Positions 62,894 through 64,000 of a DNA stretch of 64,000 nt are shown piece by piece (the stretch's first letter is position 1; the number at the start of each line of letters is the position of its first letter). The stretch covers positions 81,138 to 145,137 of the forward strand of contig JAKIWG010000001.1 of assembly GCA_022750155.1 (NCBI GenBank), given 5' to 3'. Below the pieces are notes generated by a model, which was given only the letters and a program-made list of their open reading frames with translations, had not been told where the DNA came from and made no database searches. The DNA is from Thermoplasmata archaeon. GTDB taxonomy: Archaea; Thermoplasmatota; Thermoplasmata; Lutacidiplasmatales; UBA184. A program made the translations under genes and the position numbers.

Positions 62894-64000
62894 ATGGCGG
62901 ATTCGGCGATGCTGATCGGCGGTGAGTGGGTGCCGGCGACCCGCTCGGAGACGATGGCGGTCCACAGCCCGTTCGACGGACGGAGCATCGCGTCGGTCCC
63001 GAAGGGCGACCGGGAGGACGCCCGGCGGGCCATCGACGCCGCCCGGGAGGCGTTCGACCGGGGCCCGTGGCCGAAGCTCCCTCCGCGGGCCCGCGGCGAG
63101 GTGTTCCTGAAGGCGGCCCAGATCCTGCAGGAGCGGCTCCCGGCGCTCGCCCAACTCGAGAGCCTGAACCAGGGCAAGACGATCAAGCAGGCCGCCGACG
63201 CCGACCTTCCGTTCTCCGTGGACAACCTGATCTTCTACGCCGGGGCGGGCCGGACGCTCGAGGGCAAGAGCCCGGGCGAGTTCACCGGGGACGGGACGAC
63301 GATCTTCCGGCGCGAGCCGGTGGGGGTGGTCGCCTCGATCACCCCGTGGAACTACCCGATCATGATGGCGGTCTGGAAGATCGCCCCGGCGCTCATCACC
63401 GGGAACACGGTCGTCCTCAAGCCGGCGAGCTGGACCCCGTTGACGAGCCTCGAGCTCGCGCGGGTCTTCCAGGACGCCGGCCTTCCTCCCGGCGCCCTCA
63501 ACGTGGTCACCGGTCCGGGCGCGGAGGTCGGGGACGAGCTCTCGCGTCACCCGAAGGTCGACCTGGTCTCGCTGACGGGCGACACGGCGACGGGCCGCCG
63601 GATCATGGAGGCGGCGAGCGGCACCGTCAAGCGAGTCCAGCTCGAGCTGGGAGGCAAGGCCCCGTTCGTCGTCTTCGAGGACGCCGACCTCGCCGCGGCG
63701 GTCGAGGGGGCGATGGTGGGCGGTTTCGTCAACGGAGGCCAGGACTGCACCGCCGCCACGCGTCTCATCCTCCACACCAAGCTGCGCGCGCGGTTCCTCT
63801 CGCACCTGCTCGAACGAGTCCGCCACGTCCGCGTGGGGGACCCCTCGCTCCGAACGACCGACCTCGGTCCCCTCGTCCACCCCACCCACCAGCGGCATGT
63901 GCTCGAGTTCGTCGAGAAGGGCCGCGCCGAGGGGGCCAAGCTCGTCGCCGGGGGGACGGACGCCCACGAGCAGCATCCGAACGGAGCCTTCGTCGTGCCG
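62894..64000 (+). CDS. NAD(P)-dependent aldehyde dehydrogenase (3' end beyond the window)
   Basis: Not in the ORF track because no stop lies within the window. ATG 62894 opens a frame that stays open to 64000. PWNYP, VLKPAS, ELGGKAP, GQDCTAATR motifs. Confidence 0.9.
   Translation, partial: MADSAMLIGGEWVPATRSETMAVHSPFDGRSIASVPKGDREDARRAIDAAREAFDRGPWPKLPPRARGEVFLKAAQILQERLPALAQLESLNQGKTIKQAADADLPFSVDNLIFYAGAGRTLEGKSPGEFTGDGTTIFRREPVGVVASITPWNYPIMMAVWKIAPALITGNTVVLKPASWTPLTSLELARVFQDAGLPPGALNVVTGPGAEVGDELSRHPKVDLVSLTGDTATGRRIMEAASGTVKRVQLELGGKAPFVVFEDADLAAAVEGAMVGGFVNGGQDCTAATRLILHTKLRARFLSHLLERVRHVRVGDPSLRTTDLGPLVHPTHQRHVLEFVEKGRAEGAKLVAGGTDAHEQHPNGAFVVP

Noticed and set aside
1-64000. CRISPR arrays, IS elements, integrases, prophage or classical defence genes
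   Set aside because: I saw no spaced direct-repeat array, no terminal inverted repeats flanking a transposase-like ORF, and no recombinase, nuclease or restriction-modification motifs anywhere in the window. The single tRNA gene has no adjacent integrase.

Overview
This is a very gene-dense, high-GC segment with no obvious mobile DNA. Third codon positions are almost all G/C. It is clearly archaeal and most consistent with a Thermoplasmata-like lineage. The support is RNA polymerase subunit K/Rpo6, ribosomal protein L40e, KEOPS Pcc1, archease, AMMECR1, TrmI, a digeranylgeranylglycerophospholipid reductase that from memory closely resembles the Thermoplasma enzyme, a stand-alone 5S rRNA gene, and TATA-like boxes 21-27 nt upstream of several start codons.

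I can support about 63 protein-coding genes, one 5S rRNA and one tRNA-Gly(GCC). Many genes are joined by ATGA/GTGA 4-nt overlaps. One gene, L40e, is under 60 aa and missing from the ORF track. Another, an aldehyde dehydrogenase, runs off the 3' end of the window.

Content is mostly housekeeping and central metabolism:
- IleRS, SerA plus a class-V aminotransferase, MTA phosphorylase, transaldolase/FSA, endonuclease IV, thioredoxin reductase, an M1 aminopeptidase and a mevalonate-decarboxylase homologue.
- Transport: an Opp/Dpp-type ABC system, an ABC-2 exporter and an ArsB/NhaD-type permease.
- Three very large predicted surface proteins: Kelch+PKD, YVTN propeller+FN3, and a Cys-rich vWA-like protein.

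I saw no CRISPR array, IS element, integrase, prophage or recognisable defence gene.

The candidates most worth follow-up:
1. A five-gene MoxR AAA+/DUF58/DUF4129 module with two extra small membrane proteins.
2. A surface-protein island with an adjacent CPBP intramembrane protease.
3. A ferredoxin-GGR operon that carries two translationally linked proteins of unknown function, then DUF1028 and Pcc1.
4. A fused EtfB-EtfA polypeptide.
5. An archaeal bactofilin-like beta-helix protein.
6. A transketolase C-subunit homologue that appears to have lost its catalytic residues.
7. A sharply AT-rich 0.2-kb island with direct repeats upstream of an aminotransferase that has a long Pro-rich N-terminal extension.

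All functional calls rest on motif recognition by eye, not on database searches. Most long Arg/Pro/Gly-rich ORFs in the track are antisense or out-of-frame artefacts of the high GC content.
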